A stretch of DNA of 63,986 bases, the filler included, from Dimargaris cristalligena (lineage: Eukaryota), in NCBI GenBank assembly GCA_003614675.1. It is 3 parts of 3 records of this genome, joined end to end, with 100 filler letters (N's around TTAATTAATTAA, not from the genome) between each part and the next. Parts side by side here need not be neighbours in the genome. Positions count along the whole stretch, not along the records: positions 22,840 to 45,530 come from ML002627.1; 2 more parts are not named here. One strand, written 5' to 3'. This document shows positions 23,304-35,916 of the stretch, piece by piece (position 1 is the first letter of the stretch; every line of letters begins with the position of its first letter). The translations under genes and the position numbers were made by a program. The notes beneath the pieces are model-generated. The model saw only the letters and a program-made list of their open reading frames with translations. It was not told where the DNA came from and made no database searches.

Positions 23304-23730
23304 GGGGCTATGAACGCATCAAAAGTTGCCGGAAACAAAATTAGGGAAAGCAAGGGAATCAGGGGCCTGCTTAACTTGATTGAATTGGAAAAGCAATGGG
23401 GGTGGGGCAGTGTTTTATTCTGGGCTATAAAGTATATGAGGGGCCCTCTCCATTGGATAGGGTGGTAATTGCGCGGGTTTTCTATATTGGTCCAACCCGG
23501 AAGTATATTCCACTAATTTGGTCAATGAAAATACCCTGGATTCACCCTTGTTATTTGCGCAAGGTTCTTTTACTCGCAACCTCTCTAGCTAGCCGAACAA
23601 TCAAGCATTCAATTTTATTCAATTTGCCGAATTCTAAATATTAAATAAAAGTAAGGGGGTTATCGTGAGGCCTCCTGATAGACGTGGTGGTTAATAATAT
23701 ACTCGTTGACTAATTATTCAACCTGTCCGC

Positions 23731-25469
23731 TCATTTAGAAGCCGGGGGCCAGCGCTCCCGCCAACGCTTGCCATAGATAAACACGAATAGCATGAGAAGT
23801 CCCCCAAAGAATTCCAAGAGGGCAAACAGGGTAAAGGTCCAGCCTGGGCCTATGCCAGTTTCGATGGGGTCTTCAATCACGCTACAGACCGCCGCCCAAA
23901 TTGATCGAGTGCTGTTGTTAAGGGCCGTGATCGTAGCGCTCCGACCGGTAAAGATATCGACGAGGTAGGTGGAATACGCGGAAAAGATGAAGGTCATTCC
24001 CAAGCCGACTAATGCCAAGGAGTCAACGTGAGCCAAGGGTATACAGCCAGCCATGGAATGGCCCAATTGCAAAAAAACATACAGTCGCCAATACCACAGG
24101 ATATTAAGGCAGATCAAGTTAGTCCCTCATTAAGAATGGTTAATTACAGATTAAATCCACCCAGGGCGAGCCCTCCGCCCGCCTTTACAGCCCACGTGGG
24201 TAACTTACAGAAGAATTGAACAACGAGGACGGCGGCGAGCGGCTCGTGCTTGTTAATGAGCCAGCCAAAAATTAAGAGGCAGGTCGGCATAAGCCAGCAA
24301 AAGTAGACCCCGCCAGTTAGGCGCTGTTCCTTCGGTACATCAGCAATGGTAATGGTCGGCGCGTCCCCATCCTCGTGCGGCTCGGCCGCTACCTGAGCAC
24401 GCTCCATACGATCCCGAAAACGGTGCATCATAAAGTCGGCGAAGTTGCCCCCGGCAACCGACCCGATGATATTACCGACCCCCGAGGCAATGTAGGTCAG
24501 TCCTACGTTGGAAGTGGATAGGTTGTAGACCCGGGCAAAGGAGGCGGGCATGGAGGTACTCATGGCGTAGAGGCCACCGTAGGCCAGGGAAATGTTGATG
24601 ATGGTGAGGGTGACATAGGGGTATTTTAGATAGTAGAGGGGGAGGAGCGGGTTAAAGGCCCAGGACTTCGATGGGGGTGTTACGTTTTCCATCCGGACAT
24701 CGTATTTAGCAGCCACCACTCCTCGGTGGGTCTCGGGTAAGAATATGACAATAAGCACCAGCACCACCCCACCCAGGATAGCCAGGATCCAGAACGTCCA
24801 CCGCCAGTCGAGGTACTGAGACACATAACCGCCAATGGTTGGACCAATGATGGGTCCAATCAAGGCCCCAACAAAGAAGAACCCCAGGGCCCGCCCTCGT
24901 CTCTTAGCCTCGAACAGGTCGCACAAGGAGCCCGCCCCCACGGCAATTACGGAGGAGGAACCCAGCGACTGGATCAGCCGCATTGCGAGTAGCATACCGA
25001 TTCCGTTGGATAAGGCACAGCCCACGCAAGCCAGGATGTAAATCACAAACGAAATGATATAAATGGGCCGCCGCCCGACGGTATCCGACAAGGTGCCCCA
25101 CACCATAGGGGCGATGCCCATCCCCACCATGTACAGTGAAATGGTCAGTTTAAGCATTACGGAGGTGGTGTTCATCTCTGTTTGAATGGTGTTGAGGGCC
25201 GGCAAATACATAGTCGAGCTGAGAGGGGCGACCAAGCCGGCGGTGCTGAGCAATAGAACAATGAATTTTTTTTGGCGGGTGCTGAATACGGTATACACAA
25301 TGGACCGGTCGTCGTCGGCCTCCTTATCGGAGGGATCAGTGTGGGCTGAGCTGCACTCAGTCGGGGTAAGCGACTCGTCATGGCGGGGAACGGCTAGGCC
25401 GGGTACTATTTCCAGGGACTTCTTATCGGACCACGCTTGGCTAATTCGACGGGGGGCAGCTGCAGCCAT
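23731..25469 (-). CDS. MFS drug:H+ antiporter (DHA1, Qdr/Dtr1-like), 2 exons
   Basis: Exon 1 is 25469-24209 and exon 2 is 24008-23731 (join VQFF/FGLGM). Motifs LSDTVGRRP, GPIIGPTIGG, WRWTFW and LPET; about 12 TM segments. Confidence 0.92.
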
Positions 25470-27877
25470 AGAGGATTGGGGAGAATGATGGCCTCGGGAG
25501 CCGAGCTACGCATGCGGGTTATAAAAGGAAATATTAATGTAGTGGCTGCAGAACCAAAATCTTTACCGGGTAATTTTCTCAAAATAGGATATTTAGTGAC
25601 GTACCCGAAATTAAAATGAATGGGCGGATCAGTCTAAAAACGAATATAGGGTACGAGCATGCAGGAAGGGGGCTTTGGAGTAGAGATTGGGCAGGGTTTA
25701 TGAGGCGTGCACCGGTAAACAATAAAATTCAAAAAAATTAAACGAAGCAGAAGTGGCCCACCCAAGCGGGAAACCGAGGTTATAGTGCGAGGAGCAAAAA
25801 TTAAATAGAAAAGACTAAATACGGGAGGAGATGCACCAAAAGAAGAATGCGAAGGGGGTACCAGGGCGAGGGCAATGTGACTGGAGTCTAGTCGCCTTGG
25901 CCAAGACGGGATTATTGCATATGCCAAAGAAAACTTCCAAAAATACGGGCCAACCGGGGGCCGCGACGACTAGTTTTATAGCAATGGGGAAGCACTGAAG
26001 AGTCGGAGGGCTGCCCCGCCTGAATATTTAACCGCGAGCCTAACAACGGTAGTTTAGCTGACTCGAAGACGGCAGGCCACTTCCCGCAAATGACTAAAAT
26101 AGCCATGTAGGGTGCAGTAATATAGTCCAGGGGGTAATAAATCACCCGGGGAAAAAAGCCTCGCAATAGGAGACGCCATTGGTCGTTAATCTCCTTGCAT
26201 ACTGCCCCATTTGTGGAGGGTAGTAGTAACCTATTACGAACTGCATGGCCTAGCACCGCACGCCTTCAACTGGTGCCTTTTAAACATTGTTAAGCTGATT
26301 GGCCACTCTCTCCTCAGCGAGCCACTGCCAGACATAGTATAGCCTATAATGCGACTGGCTGAAACAGCCCGCTTAGTCCAGTAGTGGAAGGGCTGCAGTT
26401 CCCAACCGAGGAAGGGCCAAAACGTTTAGCCGGATCAGGCGCCAATCATTATTAGATGCGGGCCTTCCTCACCTAATAAAACCCCCCAGCAACCTCCCAA
26501 GCAGTGCCATTAGTAGGCCCTCCGCATACCTGAAGTAATCGCCCGTGGACCTCGAACCCCAGCGGGGCTAACTTTGCTTGCTGTGTTTCCGATATTGAGC
26601 CCTGTCCGGGACCCAATTGAGGGGTTTTCCATTATCAATAATAAAAAACCAAGATGGGGGGTTGGTTGAAGGGAAAGGGCGTCTAATACCAACCGGTGGT
26701 CGATCCTCTAGCAATGGGGAGCGGCCTTTTTGGAGGCCACAGGCTCTAAATACAGTCCAGCTTTTCCAACGAACCCCCACCGTCGCCAATATGTAGGACT
26801 CCCAGGGTCGTCGAAGGAGACAGTACGAGCTGCTGGGTAAAAAAAGCTGAACGCCGCAGTGCTTCCCCCATCTGCACCACTGCGAGGACTCCCAATCAAT
26901 ATTTCAAATAAAAGACGGGCCAGTGGCATACGGCTAACCGGTTCGGGAAAAAACCTCCCCGCTCGATTCGCCGAACCCTGATCGGCCCGTTCCTGGCTCC
27001 TTACTTTCGGCCCGGAGTGGAAGGGCTCTCCCACCGATAGCCACTCTTCGACATCCCTTATCGACTCGGGCCTCTTCAACCCATCCCACCTAATTCGGCA
27101 AAGAACAAATAGTTGCCGCCAGCTGCGCGCGTTTTTTTGGCCCGAAAAGGGAATTGCCTCCCCACCCCAACGACAATCACCTGGACAATGAGCGGCCATA
27201 TAAAATCGGAGACGCAGTCGAGAAGAATCACACTGCAACTGCGGCTGCCCTATTGCTACGCCAAGGATCCCTTCTCCCTGGCCTTGGGCAGTTGCCTTAA
27301 CTGCCCACTGAGTTACTGCGAGCTCAATGGCCGTGGTCCACGTCGCCCCTTAACCAACCCGCAGAAGGGGCTGGAATGAGAAGAACCGCATCGATCTTGG
27401 TCAGCTAAATTAACCACTGTGAGTCAGAACCACCCAACTAAAGAAGAGGGAGGTGACGACGGATTGGCCCCCCGAACACGCTACTTGGCGCCAATTCCAC
27501 AGAGAAGATTCGTAAGACCGGGGCAGCTGCTGGGGAGGTTTAAAAGGGACCCGGGACCCGCCGCCGTTGCGCACCATTGCTGTTCTTCTAAGCTCATATC
27601 TTTCTTGATTGCGCCCAATTTAATTACTGTTTGCGAGGTCTTGGCGTCGACGTTTCCCCGGCACTTTGGATCAGTTTTACACCCATGTGAGAGACACTCG
27701 CCCGCTACTTCGTGGCACACATTTTTCCATCAAGACTTACCCAGCCCCTCCTTCTCCACTCCACTCCACCCCGCCTTACCCTCAGCCCTCTAGCCCCTAG
27801 GTCACACCTTCGGCCCCAGCCTCCTCCCCGCCTATCCCCAACCCTCCCGTCGGGGGGAGACCCGACCAACCTCCGCC

Positions 27878-28144
27878 ATGAGCTACTCGTACTACTACCA
27901 CTCCGATTTCACCCAGCCGGCCTCGTCCCCCGGCGGCTTCCCTTCGGACTCTCGTAACCCGCCCGGTTCACTCTTCTACGCCACCGGCTCTCCCTTCTCC
28001 GGGGCCCCGGACGAGGCCTTGGCCAACTTTGAGCCTGACGAAAGCGTGTGCGTCGTCTGTGCCCGCACTCCGTGTGTATGTCCGCCCTCCTCCGAAGATC
28101 CAACCGGCTACTATTTCGGCGACTGCCCCACCTACCAGTCCTAG
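27878..28144 (+). CDS. Small 88-aa hypothetical protein with a CxxC-x4-CxC motif
   Basis: Start context ccgccATG and C-ending codon bias, in a long region with no other gene. No family recognised. Confidence 0.45.
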   Translation: MSYSYYYHSDFTQPASSPGGFPSDSRNPPGSLFYATGSPFSGAPDEALANFEPDESVCVVCARTPCVCPPSSEDPTGYYFGDCPTYQS

Positions 28145-31100
28145 CCCCTACTCCACAAGCCCGGACCCATCCAAGCCCCGCCGCAGCTACGTCAACCCCA
28201 CACTGTCCCCCGCTTCCCTGCGAAGCCCTACATATTCAGCCCACTCGGTTGATTCGCCTGGGATTGTATATAATCCCAATTTTTATACACCTACTTCTTC
28301 TACCCGCCCCTTTTTGGGGGCTTTCCAATCATTGTGTATTTCTATTTATTATTCAATGGGTAGGTGGGTGCCGTTAGTGAAGCGCCCGTTTATGTTACCC
28401 AGTCGATTCGCCCTTTTTTTATGGGACTTTAGGCCACAATTACCCCTTTCGACCGTCTGCAGTTAGCATCCCCCCCCCTGAGACATTAATAACTCGCATT
28501 ATGAGGAGATCAACCCCTTCCTTTTTACTCCATCGCTCCTCTCGTTGACCCATCTTTACCATACGTGGCTAGATGTGGACCGCCCTCATATTTAGGCAAG
28601 AGAGTTGTGGGTACTCCTATTTATTTATTGTATTCCGATTGCGGCTGTTTCCCACCGCACCTTCATCGGCGTTGGTTCGGATACATCGCCTGTACATTAT
28701 CGATATTCCTCGACTCTTATTTATCCCCAATAAAGTGCACGTTCTATACCTTTCCCATTTTCGCAATGACTCAAGCATCATAGTAAGAAGGCCACCTTTG
28801 AGTCTTGGTACGGGTTAACGAATAATGAGGTTCCCCAACCATAAAACCCGACTTGAACAACCAGTCGGTCAGCTGGATTGGGGGGCTATGCGAAGGACGT
28901 CGTCCATTCCTGCAAAACAGACCCTGGAAAGCAAGGTTGGTTCCCACCCGGAACCGCAACGCCTTTCCGCAATATGCCACTCTAAACTACAGTGACGAAG
29001 CCGACGGTGACTAAACCATAAAGTGCTGGGAAAGGGACCAGCGCTCCCAGAGTGGGAAACTCATCCACTGGGAACCGGCGCGCAGGTCATCCGACCCCAC
29101 AGTAGAATTTCCAGCCCTGGTTGGAGAAATACACACCATGTTGTTGAGAGCGGGATAACAGCTATTGGGCGCCAATAGGAGACCCTTTGGGTTATGCCAC
29201 TCGGTGAAGGTATATAAGACCCGGCGGCGGACCCCCGCCTTTTTCAAATTTGCTCCCCAGTGAATGTTTGCCTCTTCTGCTTTGGCCCTAAGGGCGGGGT
29301 CCTTTCCGAGTCGTTTTTCTCGTGACATATCCTTATGTTTACAACCCATGATGCCTATTGTCCGTCCCGTTTCACTCTAACCCACCTAAGCCGCATCATG
29401 ATCGTCCATCTCTGGGCCAGCTTTACAACTCTTTAATGTGACCATACAATACCAACCACCTGAACGTACGTCCATACGCCAGCGTCTCTTTCGTTTCAAA
29501 AATATCTGTTCCATGAACTATTTCCGGAACTCCGCCCTTCACTAAGCACGGGATTAAATACATGGCCCTCCGCCGCCTACATTAGTCCACCGGAGAATTA
29601 TCCACCGTATCGTTTGGTCTTCGGCTTAGCTCTATCGGCTGCCGGTCCTCCTCGACCAACTCAGCGGATGCCTTTCTCCGCCTCTCAGCCCTCGCTTGGA
29701 CATAATGGACATTCAGTGCCTCTCAGAAACCCTTTATCACTATCCCGAATAAGTATTATCACATTTCTCAGGCATGCCATACCTAATAGTTGGCAAGTGC
29801 CCATGGATAAGAGCTGGTGTCGCAGTCAGATTAGAGCTGATATGCTCTAACCGAGTACATTTTAACCCCACCATTTCCTTGTATGGCCAGTAGGTCGAGG
29901 TCCACCGGTCCCGTCGATATACATTAAGGCATTCCACCCCCCCCTCTCTGACACCGTCCGTCGTTGCTTTGGCCTGTTTCCCGCTGAAAAATACAATTAG
30001 CAGCTCGCTATTTGCACCAATGACCACCACCACTCTTATGTTTGCCACAGCCGCCCATGAGAAGACGCATCCCTCCGCTAGTTTACGATCAAGCGTATAA
30101 TAGTCTCAAAAAAATGTCGCGTATTATTCCTTTCCCCAAGAATGGCGACTATTCTAACCTTTTACTCCTTCGGCTAACCGAAGCCCCAGCCTTCCACTAG
30201 ATAGACCTTTACTTCTACCCGGATCTACACTGCACGAATACCGCACTTGTCATGTATTATACATCAATGAACATGTCTATTATACACCCATTCCCATATA
30301 TTCTTTATGTTAGTTTACGAAACATCGGGTATGTTTGAACAGTGTTTTGTCCGTAAATTCTCTGTGAGGAATGGCAGTGTAGCTCAGACAACACCCACCG
30401 GTATTATCAAGTAATGCGGGCTCAGTCGGCTGCGAAGAGGAGCCTTAACCGACTGTATGGTTTTACGTACCCAACCTATATTGGTCCAATGGCCCCACCT
30501 AAAAGGGAATCTAAATTAAAATTCTATATCCGACGAACGGCCTCTAATTATGGGGCTGGCTGATTCCCCAACCAGCTCCCCCTCTCCGCCTTAATCTATT
30601 CACACGCCCTTCCCAAGTACAATACACCGGCCTTTCCAACAAGGCATCTGTCCATTAGTATATAGTGTGATCTTTAATGGACGAACACATGACATAGTTT
30701 TCGTGACAATAAAAATAATAAAGAGGGGACATAGACATACGTATAATATATGAGGAATAGTCCAAGAGGACAGCAAAAATACAACTCATGGTAGCTTGCA
30801 CAAACTGGATAGTGATTAAGGAAGAAAATGTCCAGACGGGGGTGTTAATTGGCAGCAGCCAAAATGAAAGGGAAAGGAAAATGATAGGCAGAGGTAAGGA
30901 TGAGAGAGCGAGAGGCATTTGGAAACAACAATAGAGTATAGAGACGAGAGCATTACAGAGACATAAGTAAGGGGGGAGGGGAGGCTAAACCAACCACGAC
31001 AATAGTGGAGAAGAGCCCCAGTGTTGGAGTGAAGAGAGCAGCAATAAATTAGATAGATAGGAAGAAATTATGTATATGCAGGGAAACCCAGTAGTCAGCA

Positions 31101-31175
31101 CAATTGATGAGCCTTGGATAAAAGAGAATTTTGACAGAATCGGGAAGGAATATTGAGCGAATGGACCAACATCAT

Positions 31176-32426
31176 TTACAGCTCGTTATTAAGCCACGAG
31201 GCATTGTCCTTGTCAGCGTGGAGATCCTTCCATCTCGTATCAATCATGGCGGCCTTGTTGGGCTTAAACATGCGAGTGTACCAGTTCCCCAGGACCAGGC
31301 CGAAGCGAGATTGGGTCACACCACGGTGGCGGCCAATCGACACCGTCATAAGATTGGACTTGTCGCGGTACTCCTCAAGTCGCAGAGGGGCCATCCGAGT
31401 GAGATCACGGCGCTGGTGACAGACGTCATGTTCAATCAAGTGTTTGAGATTGCGGGCGGTGAGGCGAGCCTGGGCCGCCGCATGAACCGCCAACTTAAAG
31501 CAGGGGTGGTCATTGCAGTCGCCAATGGCGAAAATATGAGGGAAGCGGGGGTCGCGCAGCTGAAGAGTAAGACGAACCCGGACGTGGTTGGTGTTGGGGT
31601 CCACCAGCTGAGTGGGGCTGTCGGACAAGGAGTGCATGTAACGGGTATCTACACTAATACCGGTACAGCAAAACTGCAGATCCGATTCGATGGCCCGGCC
31701 ACTGGCGGTCCGCAAAATACGGGTGCCGCTGCCGGGGTCGAGACCCTTCTCGTCGGGAATAATCACCTTTTCGTTCAGAATCACCTGAACACCCAGGGAT
31801 TCGAGTTCTTCCCGCGCGCGGTCACGGAACGATTCCTTGTAGTCGTCGAGGAACAGCTTGCTCTGGTTGTGAACCAGAATGACCCGCTTTTCGGGGTACT
31901 CAGTGGCAATTTCACCAGCCAGTTCCACCCCAACTGGGCCACCGCCAATGATCAGCACTCGGGCGGACTCGCGGATACTCTGGTAGTACAGCAGCGAAGT
32001 TTCAATGCCCTGGAGGGCGGTGAATGAGTTCATCTTGGCGGGGTCGGGGTAGGTGGACCCGGTAGCGAGGACCAAGTAGTCGAAGGGCAGGAAGTTCACG
32101 GGCGACTCGGCGTTGGCGTATTCAATGTGGAAGGGGAACACGCGGGTGAGAACACCCTGGACGACCGTATGGCCGTAGCGACTGTTGTTCTTGAACAGAT
32201 TGTCATACGGGATCCAGAGCTTCTTGGCCACGTCCTTCTGCACGACGGCTCGGAGGGCTCCGACGGTGTGGAAATAGGCCTCCCGCTTCTCCAGAATGGT
32301 AATACGGACGGGGAGGTGCGAAATCATACTCTCTAGTTCGCAGGCGAGAGTTACGCCGGCCTTGGAGCCGCCAACCACGAGAACGTTGTAGACCTTGGTG
32401 GTGGATTGGGGGATGTTCGTCGACAT
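31176..32426 (-). CDS. AMID/AIFM2(FSP1)-like FAD/NAD(P)H oxidoreductase, paralog 1
   Basis: Motifs VLVVGGSKAG, FDYLVLATGS, IIGGGPVGVELAGEI, HIFAIGDC and VSIGRHRGV. Confidence 0.9.
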   Translation of the reverse strand: MSTNIPQSTTKVYNVLVVGGSKAGVTLACELESMISHLPVRITILEKREAYFHTVGALRAVVQKDVAKKLWIPYDNLFKNNSRYGHTVVQGVLTRVFPFHIEYANAESPVNFLPFDYLVLATGSTYPDPAKMNSFTALQGIETSLLYYQSIRESARVLIIGGGPVGVELAGEIATEYPEKRVILVHNQSKLFLDDYKESFRDRAREELESLGVQVILNEKVIIPDEKGLDPGSGTRILRTASGRAIESDLQFCCTGISVDTRYMHSLSDSPTQLVDPNTNHVRVRLTLQLRDPRFPHIFAIGDCNDHPCFKLAVHAAAQARLTARNLKHLIEHDVCHQRRDLTRMAPLRLEEYRDKSNLMTVSIGRHRGVTQSRFGLVLGNWYTRMFKPNKAAMIDTRWKDLHADKDNASWLNNEL

Positions 32427-35400
32427 GATGGCAATCGATTAATGATAAAGGGAGAGGGAAGAAAAGATTTGACGAACCGACGGGGGGGAATGTTCAGTGT
32501 ATATACGATTTAGTTGGAATCCCAATAATAGATTGGACTGCACCGCGAATAAGATGATCGCCGGTGGACGTGGACAGATGCGGTATAAGGGCAGGGGGCA
32601 CAATTGGACAGCCGGGGGAGAAATACTCAAGAAAAAAACAACAGCGGAGAGGGCCACCGAATAAACAGGAAAATAGAATAACATGCGTAGGGGGCGCTGG
32701 CGGTGGCCGGGAGCCCAGTCTTTATACGGGCCTTAGGCCATACGCAGACGGCCCAATAGCCCCCTCACTAGATTTGCCGCCAGGCACGCAGGCGAAAACC
32801 TGGCCAATGTGTGCCGGCAGCCCAATCGGGTCTCACACGCACTCATTTACACTGGTAAATATGCGAATCTCTAATTCAGTTGATGTTCACTTCTGAGTTT
32901 TCCTGACTGGGGAGGGGGAGGGGATACCAAAACAGAGACTGGCCCAAGCCGGAACAGCCAGCTTCCTCGGCCCGGTGGATTTACATGTGGGATGCTGGCG
33001 GCCATACTCGTCGGACGATTGGCGCCAGTCGGCGGGAATTCGGGTGTATTCCCACCCTTCACTCCACCGCACCACTTCTCGCCAATCGTTGGAGCTCCAT
33101 CCGACCATTGCGCTCGTTTCAGTCTACCCCCATGTTCAGTCAAAACAATTCTATGAGTAATATTAATGATTGGCCTTCGATCGCACACCCGGCCCAGGCA
33201 GTCCAGTCTCCGACGGTAACCGGCTAAAGAACCCCCCTCCCCCACTCGTTTAACTCTCTATAACCAACGGAGAGGCCCCAGTGTTCATCGGGCTTCAAGC
33301 GGGCAAAATAAAAATCTTGAGGCCCCCTTCGCAGGATTGCCCTCAGCTGGCCACGGAAGTAACCCCCACCCGCTTTCGTTTACGCGGAAGCCAAGCGAGC
33401 CATTTTCCGTGCCGTATTGTGATGCAGGTTCGGGCTTTCGCCGCTGTGGTAAAAATTAAAATATGAAGTTGGTCCAGGTGCAGCTCGAGTCCCAGTGGTG
33501 TTGTATACCCCATCCGCCCGTTGGTATTTCTCGAAATAGCCCCCGCATTGCCGCGGCTGTTTCATACATGTGCATGAACTGTTGGACAGAGTGAAAAAAA
33601 TAGATATTATAATAATATAATAGAAGTGGCAAAGCTACGATGCTACTTAGGGGCTGTTCGTCCCAATCAGGACCCTCAACCTCACCATCTCGAGCCAACC
33701 CAGTTTCGACTAGCTCCTGGACGGTTTCGCATGCGCTTCCTAAGCGATTAATGGATAAGTCTGGGTTTGCCCCGCTTCTAATTTTAGGGAGGATTCCCCA
33801 GATCAATTCGACCTATCTGATCAACTGATTAGAGAAACTATATGAGAGAGAAAGAATGTGAGCACCCCCATTTTATCACCACACGAGGGCGGAAACACCC
33901 CCAATTCCGAACGATACGAAGCAACTGATTCGTCGTTGCTCGTCGATAAGTACCCCCCTCTTTCCCACCATCACAACATCAGTAGCCAGTTAACGCTAGG
34001 GTCGCTTCTCGGCCACTCGCCTGTCCGTAGAAGATTCGACCAGGGTGTAGTCAGGGACCACCGAGTTAGTAGGACCACTGGCCCTTCACACCAATCTGAT
34101 TTCTCTTCGCCATACGGCACTAGTCCAGAGAGCCCTCAATAAACCGCACAATGTGCCAGTCGCCGAGGCCCACCCGATACCCCGACCAAAGGTGATCCCC
34201 GCCTACCCAATATCCGCTCCACCCCAATTGGATTTATCTGATTTATTCATCAAAACCCTCCCCGTTTAAATGGGCAAATGACCAGTGGGTTGGGCAAAGT
34301 CTCCGCACCAATGATCACCGGGCCGATGACCTTTCGCGGTCGATTGGCCGACTTTCCTGTCCCCATCACCAGTGATTGCAGCGGCTTGGAGCTTTCCCGC
34401 CTGATAAGAACAATGGTCCTGGAATTGGATAGCGCATATGTTTATTGATCTTTTATTACCGTGTCGGTTGAAGCGGCCGGCTAATACCAACCGCTAATAG
34501 GCCCCAGCCAAGCCATTTCGGCAATCCAATCGCTGCAAATTTATCTATAATAATACTTCCACAGTGGCCAACTAACCACTCGACTGCTTCTCGGTGGGCC
34601 TTGGGTGTACAATTGGTTCATTGCCAACCTCCCTCGTTTCAGTCACTGCAAATCGCCTGAATAGCCCTCACACCAGGTGGGTCTGAAACAGGTTAGTACG
34701 GCTGACATGGGGGCTGCTCCCCCATTAAAAGACATTCGAGTGAACTCGCAAAGGTAAACTCGGCTACTGCACCGGCATGATACCGCATTTCGCTGAAGTC
34801 TGTCGGATCGGTGTCTCAAACAGGGCGGAACGAACACGTTGGTTTGGGTGGCTGCCGAATACCGATCCTTCCGCAGATTCCACTGACCGCGGATGCACCT
34901 TTAACGGACTTTTCTTTTCGTCATCCGATTATACTACGGACTCCATTGCTGCCCTGCCCACTAATATCGACTTTTAGCCAGGTTGACTTTCTTTGTGCAG
35001 CAAATGGAGGGGGGTGTACATGGGTATGTATGGGTGTGTGTTTCCTGCACCTATTTGGACCTTTACTCCCCTCCCTCCTTCCCTAGTTTATTTTGGTATA
35101 TAAATCTAAATAGTTGTTGTGCAGTTGGCCTTCTTTATTAGACAGCCATTGAATGGCCAATTCCCAGCCACTGTACCACTCAACGAAACCAATCATCTCA
35201 AAAGCCGCACTGGCAGTGAATGGTGAGCATGGGCATCCATGAATCCAATAGTGCTAATCTCGCCGCCATATCTTCACCTACATCAGTCCCATTTTAGTAC
35301 CCTACTATGCGCTAAACTGTGTCAAATCACATTCAGTGGGAGAAACAGGCTAAATCTATCCAAAAATAGCAACAGGGTGGGATAAACTGGTTTTTATGTC

Positions 35401-35916
35401 CCCATAGACCAATTATCTTTCATTGTTCGCAAATAACCGCGTGAGAGAGTGGGCAATATTCGGCCCGCTCGAAACGAGTGTATGAAAGGAATTGAGATGC
35501 ATTTATTAGGAAATTGAATCATTTCTGGTCATTAAAGCGTTGTACATTGAACGGGACGAAATTCAAAAAGAAAAGAATGGAGGGGTAGAAACTGCAGAGA
35601 CGAAGAAGGCAAAAGGCAGATATGGCGGGAAAGTAAGGGGGGGTTGCCCCCTAATGGGCATGATGGTTAATTAACATCCGGGCGGGGTGGTGCAATTAGG
35701 CGACAGCCAAAACAAGGGAGAAGCAGTTGTCAGAGAAGCCGGCGGGTGTGGATAAATATATATAGATAAACATGTGGTAAATAAATAACAGATATGTATA
35801 AATAACCCGAAGGGGGTGGGTGGCATTTTTAGCGTACAAATCATCAGCGTAAAATTAGAGCAGACCAAGGTGATAGTTTTTATCGTCAGGACCTATTCCA
35901 GTAGAAAACAGTAAAG

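Noticed and set aside
26540-26570. GGTTCGA-like T-loop sequences (also near 14640)
   Set aside because: No cloverleaf or acceptor stem. I found no tRNA or rRNA gene in the window.
31131-32027. 298-aa ORF on the + strand
   Set aside because: Antisense shadow of the GC3-rich AMID-like gene, with no motifs.
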